DNA of 32,000 bases from Methanocaldococcus jannaschii DSM 2661 (GTDB lineage: Archaea; AGJL01; Methanococci; Methanococcales; Methanocaldococcaceae). The stretch is taken from NCBI RefSeq assembly GCF_000091665.1, contig NC_000909.1:293538-325537 (forward strand), read 5' to 3'. Made by a program: the position numbers and the translations under genes. The notes beneath the pieces were generated by a model. It was not told the origin of the DNA. It searched no databases and worked only from the letters and a program-made list of their open reading frames with translations. This document shows, piece after piece, positions 1 to 10,544 of the stretch (its first letter is position 1; each line of letters begins with the position of its first letter).

Positions 1-40
1 TTATGGGTAAGAAAAATCCTAAAATTGATGATTTGAAATT

Positions 41-832
41 TTGGAATTATATAAAAAGGGATATTCTGCAAGAACGATTGCAAAAATATTGGGATGTAGT
101 AAATCAACAGTATGTTACAGATTATATAAATTAGGTATAACTCCAAGAAGAGGTTTAGATTTGAATCCTCAAGAAATTATTAAGTTATATCAAAATGGAT
201 ATACAACTACTGAAATAGCAAAGATTATGAAGTGTAGCCATGAAACGATAAGAAGAATTCTAAGAAATAATAATATCGATATTAGAAAATCATCTGAAAG
301 CTTAATAATCAAAAATACGAAAAAAATAAATTTAAATCCTTCAGAATCGTTAGCTTACATATTGGGAGTTTTAAATGGAGATGGAAGTGTAAATAAGCAG
401 GAAAGTAATTATGTGATTGAATTAAAAGTTACAGATAAGGATTTTATAGAAGAATTTAAAAGAAATCTTGAAAACATTGGCTTCAAATACATAAATGAAT
501 ATGTTAGGAAATTTGAAAATAAAAAAGACCAATATGTTGTAAGAGTTCGTTCAAAAGGTTTCTATTATTGGTATAAAAGTCTTAATGTAGATTACTATAT
601 GAATGTAATTGGAAATAACGAAAAACTAATGATTTCTTGGCTAAAAGGATTTTATGATTCCGAGGGTTCAGTTGTAATAAACAAAAAAGGAAATTATGTA
701 TATAAATATGTCAGTATAGCGAACACTAACAGGAATCTAATTGATGTTTGTTGTAGTTTCTTAGAGAAATTAGGAATTGAGTATTCAGTTTATTGTGAGA
801 AAAATAACAGATATAAATCTGGATACCTCTGA
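41..832 (+). pseudogene. Free-standing LAGLIDADG-type homing endonuclease-like protein with tandem N-terminal HTH motifs, probably decaying
   Basis: Translation has two HTH-like repeats (YKKGYSARTIAKILGCSKSTVCYRLYKLGI; YQNGYTTTEIAKIMKCSHETIRRILRNNNI), then LAYILGVLNGDGSV and WLKGFYDSEGSV motifs. The ORF ends at TGA (830-832) but the same frame continues ...[28 protein letters not shown] to TAA at 917-919. Confidence 0.7.
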
Positions 833-911
833 AGAATATACATAAAATCCAACTCTTTAGAAAAATTTAAAAAATTAATCAACTTTAGAATTGAAAGAAA
901 AGCTAAAAAGC

Positions 912-1286
912 TTATTTAAGTTCAAAAGTCCCATTTTCCATTAATCCTCTTTTTAAATCAATTATTTGTATTGATTTTGGTTTTAAAAACTCTCTTATAA
1001 CTTCTAATGCCTTGTATGGGTCTGTATGCTCTCCACAGGTAAATACATCCAAGGCGGCATAGCCATACTCAGGGTAGGTATGTATTGCTATATGACTTTC
1101 CGCGAGCACAGCAACTCCTGTAGCTCCTTGAGGAGAGAATTTGTGAGTTCTTACACAAATTAAAGTAGCTCCACATGCTTTTACACTATCTACTAACATC
1201 TTTTCTATGCCCTCAATATCGTCCAATGCCTTTGGGTCGCAACCCCATAACTCTAATATTAAGTGTTTCCCTAAGTATTTTAACAT
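912..1286 (-). CDS. speD: S-adenosylmethionine decarboxylase proenzyme (pyruvoyl-dependent)
   Basis: [23 protein letters not shown]...[23 protein letters not shown] is the prokaryotic AdoMetDC family pattern. The start is trimmed to the internal Met, preceded by AAATTTGGAGGTGAAAGC. Confidence 0.95.
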
Positions 1287-1420
1287 GCTTTCACCTCCAA
1301 ATTTGGTAAATAAAAACAAATTAATGTAAGAAACTTTTAGAAAGTAAAAATTATCTTTAAATTATTTTTACCTTAATAGTTATAACTTAATTATATTTAA
1401 CTGTTAATGTTTTTCGAAAA

Positions 1421-1918
1421 TTATTTATACCACAATGCAGCTGCAGCAAATGCACATCCTAACTTTTCAACAGTATGCTCAACTGCAATTGATTCAATTC
1501 TATCCAATTCCCAGCCTCTCATCTCAAAACCAATCTTCGCCATCTCTCTAACTGTTTTTTCAGCCTCTTTTTTTGAGCATTTTCCTTCATACTCCATTAT
1601 TAAACCACATAAACTCTTATCTTTTGGAATAGCTACACTTATTGCAGCTGATATTGTCTCTCCTGGGACATCGCTAATGATGTATCCATAAGCTGTTGGA
1701 ACCAAAGCTCCCATTGGTAATTTAGGCAAAGGAACGATTTCAGCTTCTGGAGGCATTATACTGCTGATTCTAATTAAATTGACATTCCCTATGCCTGCAT
1801 TTAACAAAGCTCCATCAAAAGCGTTTAGTGGTGTTTCTCCTTCACTACTACCTGCTACTAAGGAAACTGTGTTTGGTAATTTAAAATAAGCATGGAGAGG
1901 GTTTATCTCAGCATTCAT
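1421..1918 (-). CDS. pdaD: Pyruvoyl-dependent arginine decarboxylase
   Basis: [57 protein letters not shown]..., including the family's Ser-Ser self-cleavage segment. Sequence recognised as the M. jannaschii-type enzyme. Confidence 0.95.
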   Translation of the reverse strand: MNAEINPLHAYFKLPNTVSLVAGSSEGETPLNAFDGALLNAGIGNVNLIRISSIMPPEAEIVPLPKLPMGALVPTAYGYIISDVPGETISAAISVAIPKDKSLCGLIMEYEGKCSKKEAEKTVREMAKIGFEMRGWELDRIESIAVEHTVEKLGCAFAAAALWYK

Positions 1919-2189
1919 TCAACGCACCTCCAAAAACACATGTTTTTCTCAATTTATGAACGAGTATATATAATAGATGTAAGATTTTTTAGTGTAAATA
2001 ATGATTACTCATATATAAACTCTTCGGTGCTGAAATAAATTAAAATTTTTTGAGCTTTTATGTAAAAAAATAGGATATTATGAACTATTTTCGATTAGAT
2101 TAGGAAGGTATTAGCAAAAAAGAAAATTTTAAAAATTTTAAGACCTTTAAGTGTTAAAATAAATTTTGTTTGTTATTTATTGATTATCC

Positions 2190-2864
2190 TTAAATTAAGA
2201 ACTCTTTTTCTTTTAATATATCTTCTACTGTCTTTCCTAAGTAATCATCCTTAGAGACAACTCCATAAGGATAAACAAAAACCTTATCCTCAATATTTAT
2301 TCTTGGATACTCTGGCTCTATAATTACATCCTCTAATAAACATCTCTTTAAATAGTTTGCTGTTTTTGTAATGTTCATTAATCTTGGTGGTTTGTAAGGA
2401 GGATTGTTTTTTAAAAACTTCCACTTTGTTCCATAATAAACAATATAATCTGGGTTAAACAATAAAACAACCTCTCCATGTATCTCTAAAACTAAAGTCC
2501 ATGAAAAAACCCCTCTTGTAAAACCCAACAATCTTCCCAAATAGGATGTTTTTGGTGTCTCATAATAAACCTTCAAAGTTCTACCAACAATTCTTGATAA
2601 TGCCTCTTTAATATGCACATTCTTCGGGTTTGTTGGTAGAGAAGTTTTTGGAATGACATTTATGGGAACACAGTTGAGTGGTTTAACCATATGTAGTGCC
2701 AAAAGAGGATAGAAATAGATATGCTCTTTTTTGTTTTTCATTACGATGCCTTCTATGGGACCGTTAAAATCAGCCTTCAAAACTTTACCTCTATAAGTAT
2801 TAAAAGATTTATTTAGTGTAAATTCTCCAATCATATCCTTTCTTAATGCATATTTTGGCTTCAA
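2190..2864 (-). CDS. Conserved hypothetical archaeal protein
   Basis: 224-codon ORF on the coding strand with no strong motif; good upstream context. Confidence 0.7.
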   Translation of the reverse strand: MKPKYALRKDMIGEFTLNKSFNTYRGKVLKADFNGPIEGIVMKNKKEHIYFYPLLALHMVKPLNCVPINVIPKTSLPTNPKNVHIKEALSRIVGRTLKVYYETPKTSYLGRLLGFTRGVFSWTLVLEIHGEVVLLFNPDYIVYYGTKWKFLKNNPPYKPPRLMNITKTANYLKRCLLEDVIIEPEYPRINIEDKVFVYPYGVVSKDDYLGKTVEDILKEKEFLI

Positions 2865-2994
2865 ACCAAAAACCTCCTATTGGTTTTTATAAATTTAAAT
2901 TCCACAGCCATTTATATAATTTAAATTATCAACTATTTAAATTTTGTTTTTATCTCTATTATAAAAAAGAAATTAAAAAGTAAATAGAGTAAAT

Positions 2995-3900
2995 TTATTC
3001 AAACAACTCTCTTAAGTTAAATTGATATTTACCTAACTTACCTCCATAGTTTCCAGCTGTAATCTTCTTAACACCTTTAACTCTTGTAGCTGCTAAGATA
3101 CCCTGCTTCATAGCCTCTTTAACTGATTCCTCATCAACACCATCAATAACTATCTCATAAACTCCATTTACATCTTCTGGAATTTCTGAATCTTCAACAA
3201 CACCCTTCAATGTTGGACACATCTTGTGGTTTGTTGTAGCAACCATGAACTTGTATTTTGGATTACTTGCTCCAACTTTACTACCAGAAGCAACAACTCC
3301 TCCTGGGAATGGAGTTATAACGCCATCAACACTTGCAATAGCATTAACTGCAGCTTCAGCAGCGATTAAGGCAGAGGCGTTTGTATCTGCCATTATAAAG
3401 AAGTTTCCTCCAGCAACTCCTTTCTTAATTCCAAACTTAGCTTCAGTTATAAATTCCCCTCCCATGATTGGGATTTTATAAACTTTTCTTCCATATAATT
3501 CATCTTTCTTCTCATAACCGTCTCCGAAAAACTTCAACTTAAATCCAACCTTTAACTGCTCATCAGCCATGTCTCCCATAGCATCAAAAATAGCAGTTGT
3601 TGGACATGTTAAGACACACTGCCCCAATCTCTCTAACATTTGATGCTCTAACTCTGACTTTTTAGGGTGGCATATCTGTATTATAAATCCTGGTCTTCCA
3701 TCTGGTGTTTTTGATGGAGGGACATATTTCTCAATTCCTGCTTCTGCTGGACACATTATAACTGAACAACCAAAACCTGTTGCCTCTGTAGCTGCAATCT
3801 TAGCCCACTTCTTTGTAGCTGCTGTTATTAAAACTCTTGAAACCCATATTGGGAATGCTTCTGCAAATGTATCTTCAATATATACTCCATTTATTTCCAT
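2995..3900 (-). CDS. ftr: Formylmethanofuran--tetrahydromethanopterin N-formyltransferase
   Basis: [57 protein letters not shown]... full-length Ftr-like protein (methanogenesis step 2). Confidence 0.96.
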   Translation of the reverse strand: MEINGVYIEDTFAEAFPIWVSRVLITAATKKWAKIAATEATGFGCSVIMCPAEAGIEKYVPPSKTPDGRPGFIIQICHPKKSELEHQMLERLGQCVLTCPTTAIFDAMGDMADEQLKVGFKLKFFGDGYEKKDELYGRKVYKIPIMGGEFITEAKFGIKKGVAGGNFFIMADTNASALIAAEAAVNAIASVDGVITPFPGGVVASGSKVGASNPKYKFMVATTNHKMCPTLKGVVEDSEIPEDVNGVYEIVIDGVDEESVKEAMKQGILAATRVKGVKKITAGNYGGKLGKYQFNLRELFE

Positions 3901-4071
3901 AGTTTCCCTCCATTAAGATTTTAACAATTATAGTTTATCTTAGGGGCTATTAATATCTTATCATTTGGTTTTTAATATTCGATAAATCCATAAATAAAAA
4001 TATATCAACAATAATTTTAAATAATCTAAGTATAGGTAATATAACAATTAAAAAGATTTAGAGGGATAGAA

Positions 4072-4365
4072 TTGAACGGCATTAGGAGAATTGTTTTAGA
4101 TATATTGAAGCCGCATGAGCCAAAAATAACAGATATGGCATTAAAATTAACATCATTATCAAACATTGATGGGGTTAATATTACAGTCTATGAAATAGAT
4201 AAAGAGACTGAGAATGTTAAAGTTACAATTGAAGGGAATAATTTAGATTTTGATGAGATTCAGGAAATTATTGAAAGTTTGGGAGGGACTATTCACAGTA
4301 TAGATGAGGTTGTTGCAGGTAAAAAGATTATTGAAGAAGTTAGAACACCACAAGATAGGCATTAA
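4072..4365 (+). CDS. DUF211-like small archaeal protein
   Basis: TTG start; [55 protein letters not shown] resembles the DUF211 family. Confidence 0.75.
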   Translation: MNGIRRIVLDILKPHEPKITDMALKLTSLSNIDGVNITVYEIDKETENVKVTIEGNNLDFDEIQEIIESLGGTIHSIDEVVAGKKIIEEVRTPQDRH

Positions 4366-4460
4366 TAGAGGGTCTTTCAAAACTTTTTAGAATAACTAAG
4401 GTATTAATCTTTTTTACTTATTTTAGATAATTTTAAAACCAAATTAAATTGTGTGAGACT

Positions 4461-5108
4461 ATGGACTTTTTTGAGAGATATAAGAATTTAAAAGAAAAGT
4501 ATGAAGAAAAAAAGACAAAGCCAAAAGTTATTGTAGTTGGGAGAAGTAATGTAGGTAAATCCACTTTTGTTAGATTAATGACTGGAAGAAAAGATATTAG
4601 AGTAGGAAAAAAGCCAGGAGTTACTTTAAAAATTAATGAATACGATATGGGGGAGTATATTTTGGTGGATATGCCTGGCTTTGGTTACATGGCTGGACTA
4701 CCAAAAAAAGTGCAAGAGAAGATTAAGGATGAGATTGTTCATTATATTGAAGAGCATGCTGATGAAATAGCTGCTGCTGTTCAAATTATAGATACGAAAT
4801 CATTTTTTGAGATAGTTGAAAGATGGAAAGGGAGGGGAGAAATTCCAATTGATTTAGAGATGTTTGACTTTATAACTGATTTGAAGATTAGCCCGATTCT
4901 TGTAGCTAATAAAATGGATAAGATAAAGAAAGAGGAATGGGATGCAGTTTTAGATGGCATCTGTGAATATTTAAAATGCCAGCCACCATGGCATCAGTGG
5001 AAGTTTATAGTCCCAGCCATATTGAAAGAGGGTAAAGGAATTGAAGAGATAAAGAAAAAGATTCTTGAGAGGGTTAGATTGTTTAAAAAATTAAGAGGAA
5101 TAGAATAA
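4461..5108 (+). CDS. engB: EngB/YsxC-type GTP-binding protein
   Basis: P-loop VGRSNVGKS, ...VDMPGFGYM (G3) and ANKMDK (G4, NKxD). ATG at 4461 preferred over the TTG at 4449. Confidence 0.88.
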
Positions 5109-5134
5109 TTATTGAATAGGTTGGTTGTGATAAA

Positions 5135-5503
5135 ATGACAAATAATGACAAAATTGTTGCAATAGTAACCTCAATAGCTGTTATTTGCATATCCCTAACT
5201 GTTATATTCTGCGATACCTTAGTATTAGCAGTTGGTGTTCCTACACTTGTTTTGTTGTGGCTTGTATTTTTAGGATGGATAAACAATAAGAAATTAGATA
5301 AAGGAGAGATGAGGAGGGCAATAACTGGCAGTATCGTTATAGCATTTTTTATTATATTGATTGCTATATCCAAAAATCCAGATATATACTCTAACAATAA
5401 AGAAATTTTCTCACTATTTTTTGGAATGGTTACTACGATAATAGGTTATTATTTCGGATACAGAAGTGGAAAAGAATCAAAAAATTCATCAGGAAACGAA
5501 TAA
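5135..5503 (+). CDS. Small membrane protein, hypothetical
   Basis: Hydrophobic segments IVAIVTSIAVICISLTVIF, VPTLVLLWLVFLGWI, GSIVIAFFIILIAI and FSLFFGMVTTIIGYYFGY. Confidence 0.65.
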   Translation: MTNNDKIVAIVTSIAVICISLTVIFCDTLVLAVGVPTLVLLWLVFLGWINNKKLDKGEMRRAITGSIVIAFFIILIAISKNPDIYSNNKEIFSLFFGMVTTIIGYYFGYRSGKESKNSSGNE

Positions 5504-5524
5504 ATTATATTAAAAAAGGAATTT

Positions 5525-5555
5525 CGTTGCAATCCTCATTGTTCAGATTGCAACG
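5525..5555. terminator. Candidate bidirectional terminator hairpin between convergent genes
   Basis: CGTTGCAATC (5525-5534) pairs perfectly (10 bp) with GATTGCAACG (5546-5555), followed by TTTTT; it lies between the 5503 (+) and 5600 (-) gene ends. Confidence 0.55.
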
Positions 5556-5599
5556 TTTTTGCCTATGAAATTTTGTTTATTAAAATAACCACACTAATT

Positions 5600-5908
5600 T
5601 TATTTGAACTGTATCTCTATTTGAACATTGTCAGGGATTCTTATTTTCATAATGTGTCTTAAAGCTCTCTCGTCTGCATCAATGTCAATTAATCTTTTGT
5701 GGATTTTCATTGTCCATCTGTCAAATGTTGATGAACCTTCTCCATCTGGACTCTTTCTTGTAACAACTCTCAAGACCTTTGTTGGTAATGGTATAGGTCC
5801 TGAAATATCTACTCCTGTTTTTTCAGCAATCTCTTTTATTTGTCTGCAAATTTCATCTAAAACTTTGTGGTCTGTACTTGATAACTTGATTCTTGCCCTT
5901 TGCATACT
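5600..5908 (-). CDS. rps10: Small ribosomal subunit protein uS10 (S10p)
   Basis: [75 protein letters not shown]; the internal Met start is preferred. Confidence 0.97.
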   Translation of the reverse strand, partial: SMQRARIKLSSTDHKVLDEICRQIKEIAEKTGVDISGPIPLPTKVLRVVTRKSPDGEGSSTFDRWTMKIHKRLIDIDADERALRHIMKIRIPDNVQIEIQFK

Positions 5909-5987
5909 CTCCCCTCTCAAATGCTTTAAAATATTAAAAAAATATAAAATGGGATTTAAAAGCTATTAAAAGGGAAATTTAAGGAAT

Positions 5988-7274
5988 TTATTTGTTCTTA
6001 GCTTTGACATCGATTGCCATACCTGCAGCGATTGTCATACCCATATCTCTGATAGCGAATCTACCTAACTGTGGAATTTCTCTAACGTTTTCAATGACCA
6101 TTGGTTTTGTTGGTTTGATTTTGACTATTGCTGCGTCACCAGTCTTTAAGAACTGTGGGTTCTCTTCAATGACTTGCCCTGTTCTTGGGTCTAATTTCTT
6201 CAACAACTCAATGAATGTACATGCAACCTGTGCTGTGTGTGCGTGGAAGACTGGTGTGTAACCAACTGTAATTGCTGTTGGGTGCTGTAAGACAACGATT
6301 TGAGCTGTGAATTCTTCTGCAACTGTTGGTGGGTTGTCTGGGTGCCCACAAACGTCTCCTCTCTTAATATCTTTCTTACTGACTCCTCTAACGTTGAATC
6401 CAATGTTGTCTCCTGGTTCTGCTTGTGGAATTTGTTCGTGGTGCATCTCAATTGACTTAACTTCTCCGCTAACTCCTGCTGGTTCGAAGACAACTTTGTC
6501 TCCTGGTCTTAAGATACCTGTTTCGACTCTTCCAACTGGGACAGTTCCAACCCCTGTAATTGAATAGACATCTTGGATTGGGATTCTTAATGGTAAGTTT
6601 GTTGGTTTTTCTGGTGGTTGGAATTTGTCTAATGCTTCAACTAATGTTGGACCTTTGTACCATGGCATGTTTTCTGATCTTTTAACGACGTTGTCTCCTT
6701 TCAATGAAGCTGTTGGGATGAAGTCAATTTGGTCTGGGTTGTAACCTAAGACTTTTAATAACTGCTCTGATAACATCTTTTTCATTTTTTCGTATTCTTC
6801 TTGGCTGTAGTTAACTGTATCCATCTTGTTAATTGCAACTGCAATTTGCTTAATACCCAATGTTCTTGCTAAGAACATGTGCTCTCTTGTTTGTGGCTGA
6901 ATTCCTGTCTTGGCATCATTAACATCAACAACTAAGACAGCAGCGTCTGCCTGTGAAGCTCCTGTAATCATGTTTTTAATGAAGTCCCTGTGTCCTGGAC
7001 AATCGACGATTGTAACTTCATATTTTTGGGTTTCGAACTTCTTGTGAGCTACGTCAATTGTAACCCCTCTTTCTCTCTCTTCTTTCAAGTTGTCCATGAC
7101 GTAAGCAAACTCGAATCCTGCTTTACCTCTCTCTTGAGCTTCTCTTTTTAACTTCTCTAATAACTGTGGGTCGATAGCTCCACTGTCGTATAATAATCTA
7201 CCGACTGTTGTTGACTTACCTGCATCGACGTGTCCAATGAATGCTACGTTTAATACTGGTTTTTGCTTTGCCAT
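5988..7274 (-). CDS. tuf: Translation elongation factor 1-alpha (EF-Tu family)
   Basis: [34 protein letters not shown] and full length ending [11 protein letters not shown]. Confidence 0.98.
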
Positions 7275-7563
7275 ATTTCATCACCAATTTACCTTCTTTT
7301 TTATCTTTTTTATTTTTATTATATTTATTCTAAAATGGTGTTAAGTTAAAACTTAACAGGGTAGGAATATAAGAATACAGAATTTGTGGTGATATAAGTA
7401 TTAAATAGGGGGTATATATATCTTTTGGTTATGCAAGAATCTTATGATTAACTCAACATTTCATAAATATAATTGTGATAATGATACTATATAATATTTT
7501 AGTATTGTGCTATTTTTATAGTTCTGTTCTTTTTAAAAGTTAATAAAAGTTATTAAGGAAATT

Positions 7564-7591
7564 TGAACTCCTTCCTAAAGGAAGGAGTTCA
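7564..7591. terminator. Perfect 12-bp hairpin; terminator or solo mobile-element-end palindrome
   Basis: TGAACTCCTTCC (7564-7575), loop TAAA, GGAAGGAGTTCA (7580-7591), located just downstream of the 7629-8555 (-) gene. Confidence 0.5.
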
Positions 7592-7628
7592 TCAGTGCTT
7601 AGTTATTGCAAAAATATTTTGAAAAGAA

Positions 7629-8555
7629 CTATAATTTTCCGACACCCAATATCCTAATTTTTGCACTGCCATCAATTAAACATAGCTTATCTCCAACATC
7701 GTAAGCTATTTCTTTTTGCAGTGAAAGCTTTATTTTGTTTTTATTCACTTCCTCAACAACACATGAAACACTTTGCAAACCAACAATTATTTGGTAGTTC
7801 TCCCCTTCCTTTACAGTTTTTTGCATGAATGGGTTCCAGTTAATGTTGATTTCAATCTCTTTAGCAACTTTTAACTCTCCATTTGATAGTATCATTCCTC
7901 TATCTAACTCATCTGTAGTTATTCCTTTTAAAGCTAAACCTACTCTATTCCCAGCTTTTGCCTCTTTAAAATCATTATCATGGATTTGAATGCTCCTAAC
8001 CATTGCCATTTTATCTGTTGGATAGACCCTCAAATTGTCATGAACTCTTACAGTTCCACTCTCAACCTTTCCTAATATAACAGTTCCAACACTTCTAACA
8101 GTAAAGTAGTGGTCTATTGGAATTTTAACAAAGCCGTTATAATCTCTCTCAATATTTAAATTAATCATCTTTTCCCTAATGTTTATAAAATCTCTCTCTA
8201 AGATTTCAAAGTCCTTCATTGATGTTTGGGATATTATATTTTTCAACATGTCTAAATCAACATATTCACCAACAACAAAAGCTCCATTATTTATTCCAAA
8301 CATATCCAATGCTAAAAGTGTCTCTCCTAACTCTCCTGTAATCTCATCAATAAAAACTAAGGCATAGTCCATCATGTTTATTTCATATATTAAAGGGTTT
8401 ATTCTATCTGGATATCTTGTTGGCTCTACATAACAAACTGCCTTATCTCCCTGTTTGTAATTATATAAAGTTATGTCTGTTGAAGTTCCTTTCTTCCCTA
8501 ATTCTTTTCCAACACCTTCAACATGTCCAAATAACCCTACTGTCAAACCTTCCAT
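7629..8555 (-). CDS. EF-Tu/SelB-like protein with degenerate GTPase domain
   Basis: N-terminus MEGLTVGLFGHVEGVGKELGKKGTSTDITLYN (P-loop position, consensus lost) followed by an intact EF-Tu domain 2-like part (YFTVRSVGTVILGKVESGTVRVHDNLRVYP...VRSIQIHDNDFKEAKAGNRVGLALKGI). Confidence 0.8.
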   Translation of the reverse strand: MEGLTVGLFGHVEGVGKELGKKGTSTDITLYNYKQGDKAVCYVEPTRYPDRINPLIYEINMMDYALVFIDEITGELGETLLALDMFGINNGAFVVGEYVDLDMLKNIISQTSMKDFEILERDFINIREKMINLNIERDYNGFVKIPIDHYFTVRSVGTVILGKVESGTVRVHDNLRVYPTDKMAMVRSIQIHDNDFKEAKAGNRVGLALKGITTDELDRGMILSNGELKVAKEIEININWNPFMQKTVKEGENYQIIVGLQSVSCVVEEVNKNKIKLSLQKEIAYDVGDKLCLIDGSAKIRILGVGKL

Positions 8556-8710
8556 TTAATCACCATAATATTTTTTAGTAGCCCAATTATTCTCTCTAAA
8601 GAATTAACTATTTAAGAGCTAACTATAACCTTATTATTTTATATTAATTGAAGATTTTATAAAACATTAGATTACATAAATAAACCATTATAACAAATGG
8701 AGGGGTGATT

Positions 8711-10015
8711 ATGAAATTTGTTGAAAAATACTTTGAATTTGAGAAGTATGGGACTAATCTAAAGGTAGAAACCCTTGCAGGAATAACTACATTTATGACC
8801 ATGGCATATATAATATTTGTCAATCCACAGATTTTGAGTACTGCAGGTATGGATTTTGGAGCAGTTATGGTTGCTACTTGTATTGCTTCAGCAATTGCAA
8901 CTTTAGTTATGGGATTATATGCAAGATATCCATTTGCCTTAGCTCCAGGAATGGGATTAAACGCTTATTTTACCTATGGGGTTTGCTTAGGAATGGGAAT
9001 TGATTGGAGAGTTGCCTTAGGTGCTGTTTTCATCTCTGGAGTGCTCTTTATAATATTAACATTAACAAAGATAAGAACATGGATTTTTAATGTTATTCCA
9101 AATGCTATAAAGTATGGAACTGCTGTTGGTATTGGTTTATTTATTGCGTTTATTGGGTTAAAAAGTGCTGGTATCATAGTTAGTAGTAAAGCTACATTAG
9201 TTACATTAGGGAATTTAATGGAGCCATCTACACTGTTGGCGTTGTTTGGGATATTTTTGACATCAATCTTAGTTAGTAGGAATGTTATTGGAGCTATATT
9301 AATTGGAATTATAGTAACTTCGCTAATAGGAATGATTTTAGGAATTTCACCATTCCCAGAAGGAATATTCTCAATGCCTCCATCAATTGCACCAACATTC
9401 TTACAGCTTGATATAATGGGGGCTTTAAACTTAGGTTTATTGACAATAGTCTTGGCATTCTTCTTTGTTGATATGTTTGACACTTTGGGAACTTTAAGTG
9501 CTTTAGCCTCTCAGGCTGGATATTTAGATAAAGATGGAAAACTGCCAAGGGTTGAAAAGGCTTTAATGGCTGATGCTACTGGAACAGTTGTTGGTTCTCT
9601 CTTGGGAACTTCAACTGTAACAACCTATATAGAATCTGCAAGTGGTATAGCACTTGGAGGAAGAACAGGTTTTGTTTCAGTAGTTGTGGCTATGTTGTTT
9701 TTATTATCTTTATTTTTCTATCCAGTAGTTAAGGCAATTCCCCCCTATGCAACAGCAGCAGCACTTGTCATTGTAGGAGCTTTAATGATGAGGTCAGTAA
9801 AATACATCGACTTTGATGACTACACAGAGGCAATTCCTGCATTTATAACTTTGCTAACTATTCCTTTGACATTTAGTATAGCTACAGGTCTCGCCTTAGG
9901 ATTTATAACATATCCAATCTTAAAGGTATTTACTGGAAGATGGAAGGAAGTACATTGGCTTGTATATGTTTTAGCCGTAATATTCGCTTTAAGATTTGTA
10001 TATCTTTCGGGGTAA
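8711..10015 (+). CDS. NCS2/AzgA-like xanthine/guanine/hypoxanthine permease
   Basis: GITTFMTMAYIIFVNPQILSTAGMD...GMGLNAYFTYG...FFFVDMFDTLGTLSALASQAG...STVTTYIESASGIALGGRTGF are AzgA family signatures. Confidence 0.93.
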   Translation: MKFVEKYFEFEKYGTNLKVETLAGITTFMTMAYIIFVNPQILSTAGMDFGAVMVATCIASAIATLVMGLYARYPFALAPGMGLNAYFTYGVCLGMGIDWRVALGAVFISGVLFIILTLTKIRTWIFNVIPNAIKYGTAVGIGLFIAFIGLKSAGIIVSSKATLVTLGNLMEPSTLLALFGIFLTSILVSRNVIGAILIGIIVTSLIGMILGISPFPEGIFSMPPSIAPTFLQLDIMGALNLGLLTIVLAFFFVDMFDTLGTLSALASQAGYLDKDGKLPRVEKALMADATGTVVGSLLGTSTVTTYIESASGIALGGRTGFVSVVVAMLFLLSLFFYPVVKAIPPYATAAALVIVGALMMRSVKYIDFDDYTEAIPAFITLLTIPLTFSIATGLALGFITYPILKVFTGRWKEVHWLVYVLAVIFALRFVYLSG

Positions 10016-10075
10016 AGTATTTAAATAACCTTAAATTATCTTATATCTCCTATTTTCCAAATCATATTTTGTGAG

Positions 10076-10390
10076 TTGATAAATATGAAAGTAGCCATTT
10101 CAATGGATGTTGATAAAATTAGTAATAGTTTTGAAGATTGTAAGTATTTCTTAATTGTTAGAATAGATGATAACGAAGTTAAGAGTACAAAAGTTATATT
10201 CAATGATGAAAGTGGAAAAAAGTCTATTGTAAAAGAAAACGTTAATGCAATTATATGTAAAAACATAAGTGAAGAGAATTACAAAAAATTTAGCAAAAAA
10301 ATAGAAATTTATCATGCTGAAGGAGATGATGTTGATAAAAACATCTCTTTATTTATTGAGGGGGAATTAAGTAAAATAAGTAATCCATAA
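10076..10390 (+). CDS. Small protein resembling the dinitrogenase Fe-Mo cofactor biosynthesis (NifX/NifB) fold
   Basis: MNMKVAISMDVDKISNSFEDCKYFLIVRIDDNEV...NVNAIICKNISEENYKKFSKKIEIYHAEGDDVDKNISLFIEG, with a pattern similar to NifX-fold proteins. Confidence 0.5.
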   Translation: MINMKVAISMDVDKISNSFEDCKYFLIVRIDDNEVKSTKVIFNDESGKKSIVKENVNAIICKNISEENYKKFSKKIEIYHAEGDDVDKNISLFIEGELSKISNP

Positions 10391-10412
10391 TTTTTTAAGA
10401 GACACCGTAAAA

Positions 10413-10420
10413 TTTATATA
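10413..10420 (+). promoter_or_regulatory. Archaeal TATA box (TTTATATA) for the tRNA-Ser gene
   Basis: TTTATATA 35 nt upstream of the mature tRNA 5' end. Confidence 0.6.
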
Positions 10421-10454
10421 CTAAATCATTATATTTTTCATATGCCTATTTTGA

Positions 10455-10544
10455 GCAGGGGTAGCCAAGCCAGGACTACGGCGCTGGACTTGAGATCCAG
10501 TGGGGCTTTGCCCCGCCTGGGTTCAAATCCCAGCCCCTGCGCCA
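10455..10544 (+). tRNA. tRNA-Ser(UGA), type II, encoded CCA
   Basis: Acceptor GCAGGGG/CCCCTGC; anticodon stem CTGGA-CTTGAGA-TCCAG (anticodon TGA); long variable arm GTGGGGCTTTGCCCC; T-arm CTGGG-TTCAAAT-CCCAG; discriminator G at 10541, CCA at 10542-10544. Confidence 0.95.

Noticed and set aside
830-832. TGA considered as a selenocysteine codon in the endonuclease ORF
   Set aside because: Methanocaldococcus uses Sec, but mainly in redox and hydrogenase-related enzymes; no SECIS-like hairpin was evident and a LAGLIDADG protein is an unlikely selenoprotein.
1407-1691. ORF on the plus strand opposite pdaD
   Set aside because: Antisense to a confidently assigned gene; amino acid content looks like reverse reading, with no independent start context.
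3224-3481. ORF opposite ftr
   Set aside because: Antisense artefact of a conserved gene.
5083-5397. Minus-strand ORF opposite the small membrane protein gene
   Set aside because: The hydrophobic pattern mirrors the plus-strand gene; the plus-strand ORF is better supported by its start and spacing.
5525-5555. GTTGCAATC...GATTGCAAC considered as a solo CRISPR repeat
   Set aside because: Only one copy, no spacers, and its position between convergent genes with a T-run fits a terminator better.
5992-6567. ORFs 5992..6261, 6200..6493 and 6307..6567 within tuf
   Set aside because: All lie in alternate frames of EF-1alpha.
8974-9548. Minus-strand ORFs opposite the AzgA-like permease
   Set aside because: Low-complexity reverse reading of transmembrane codons.
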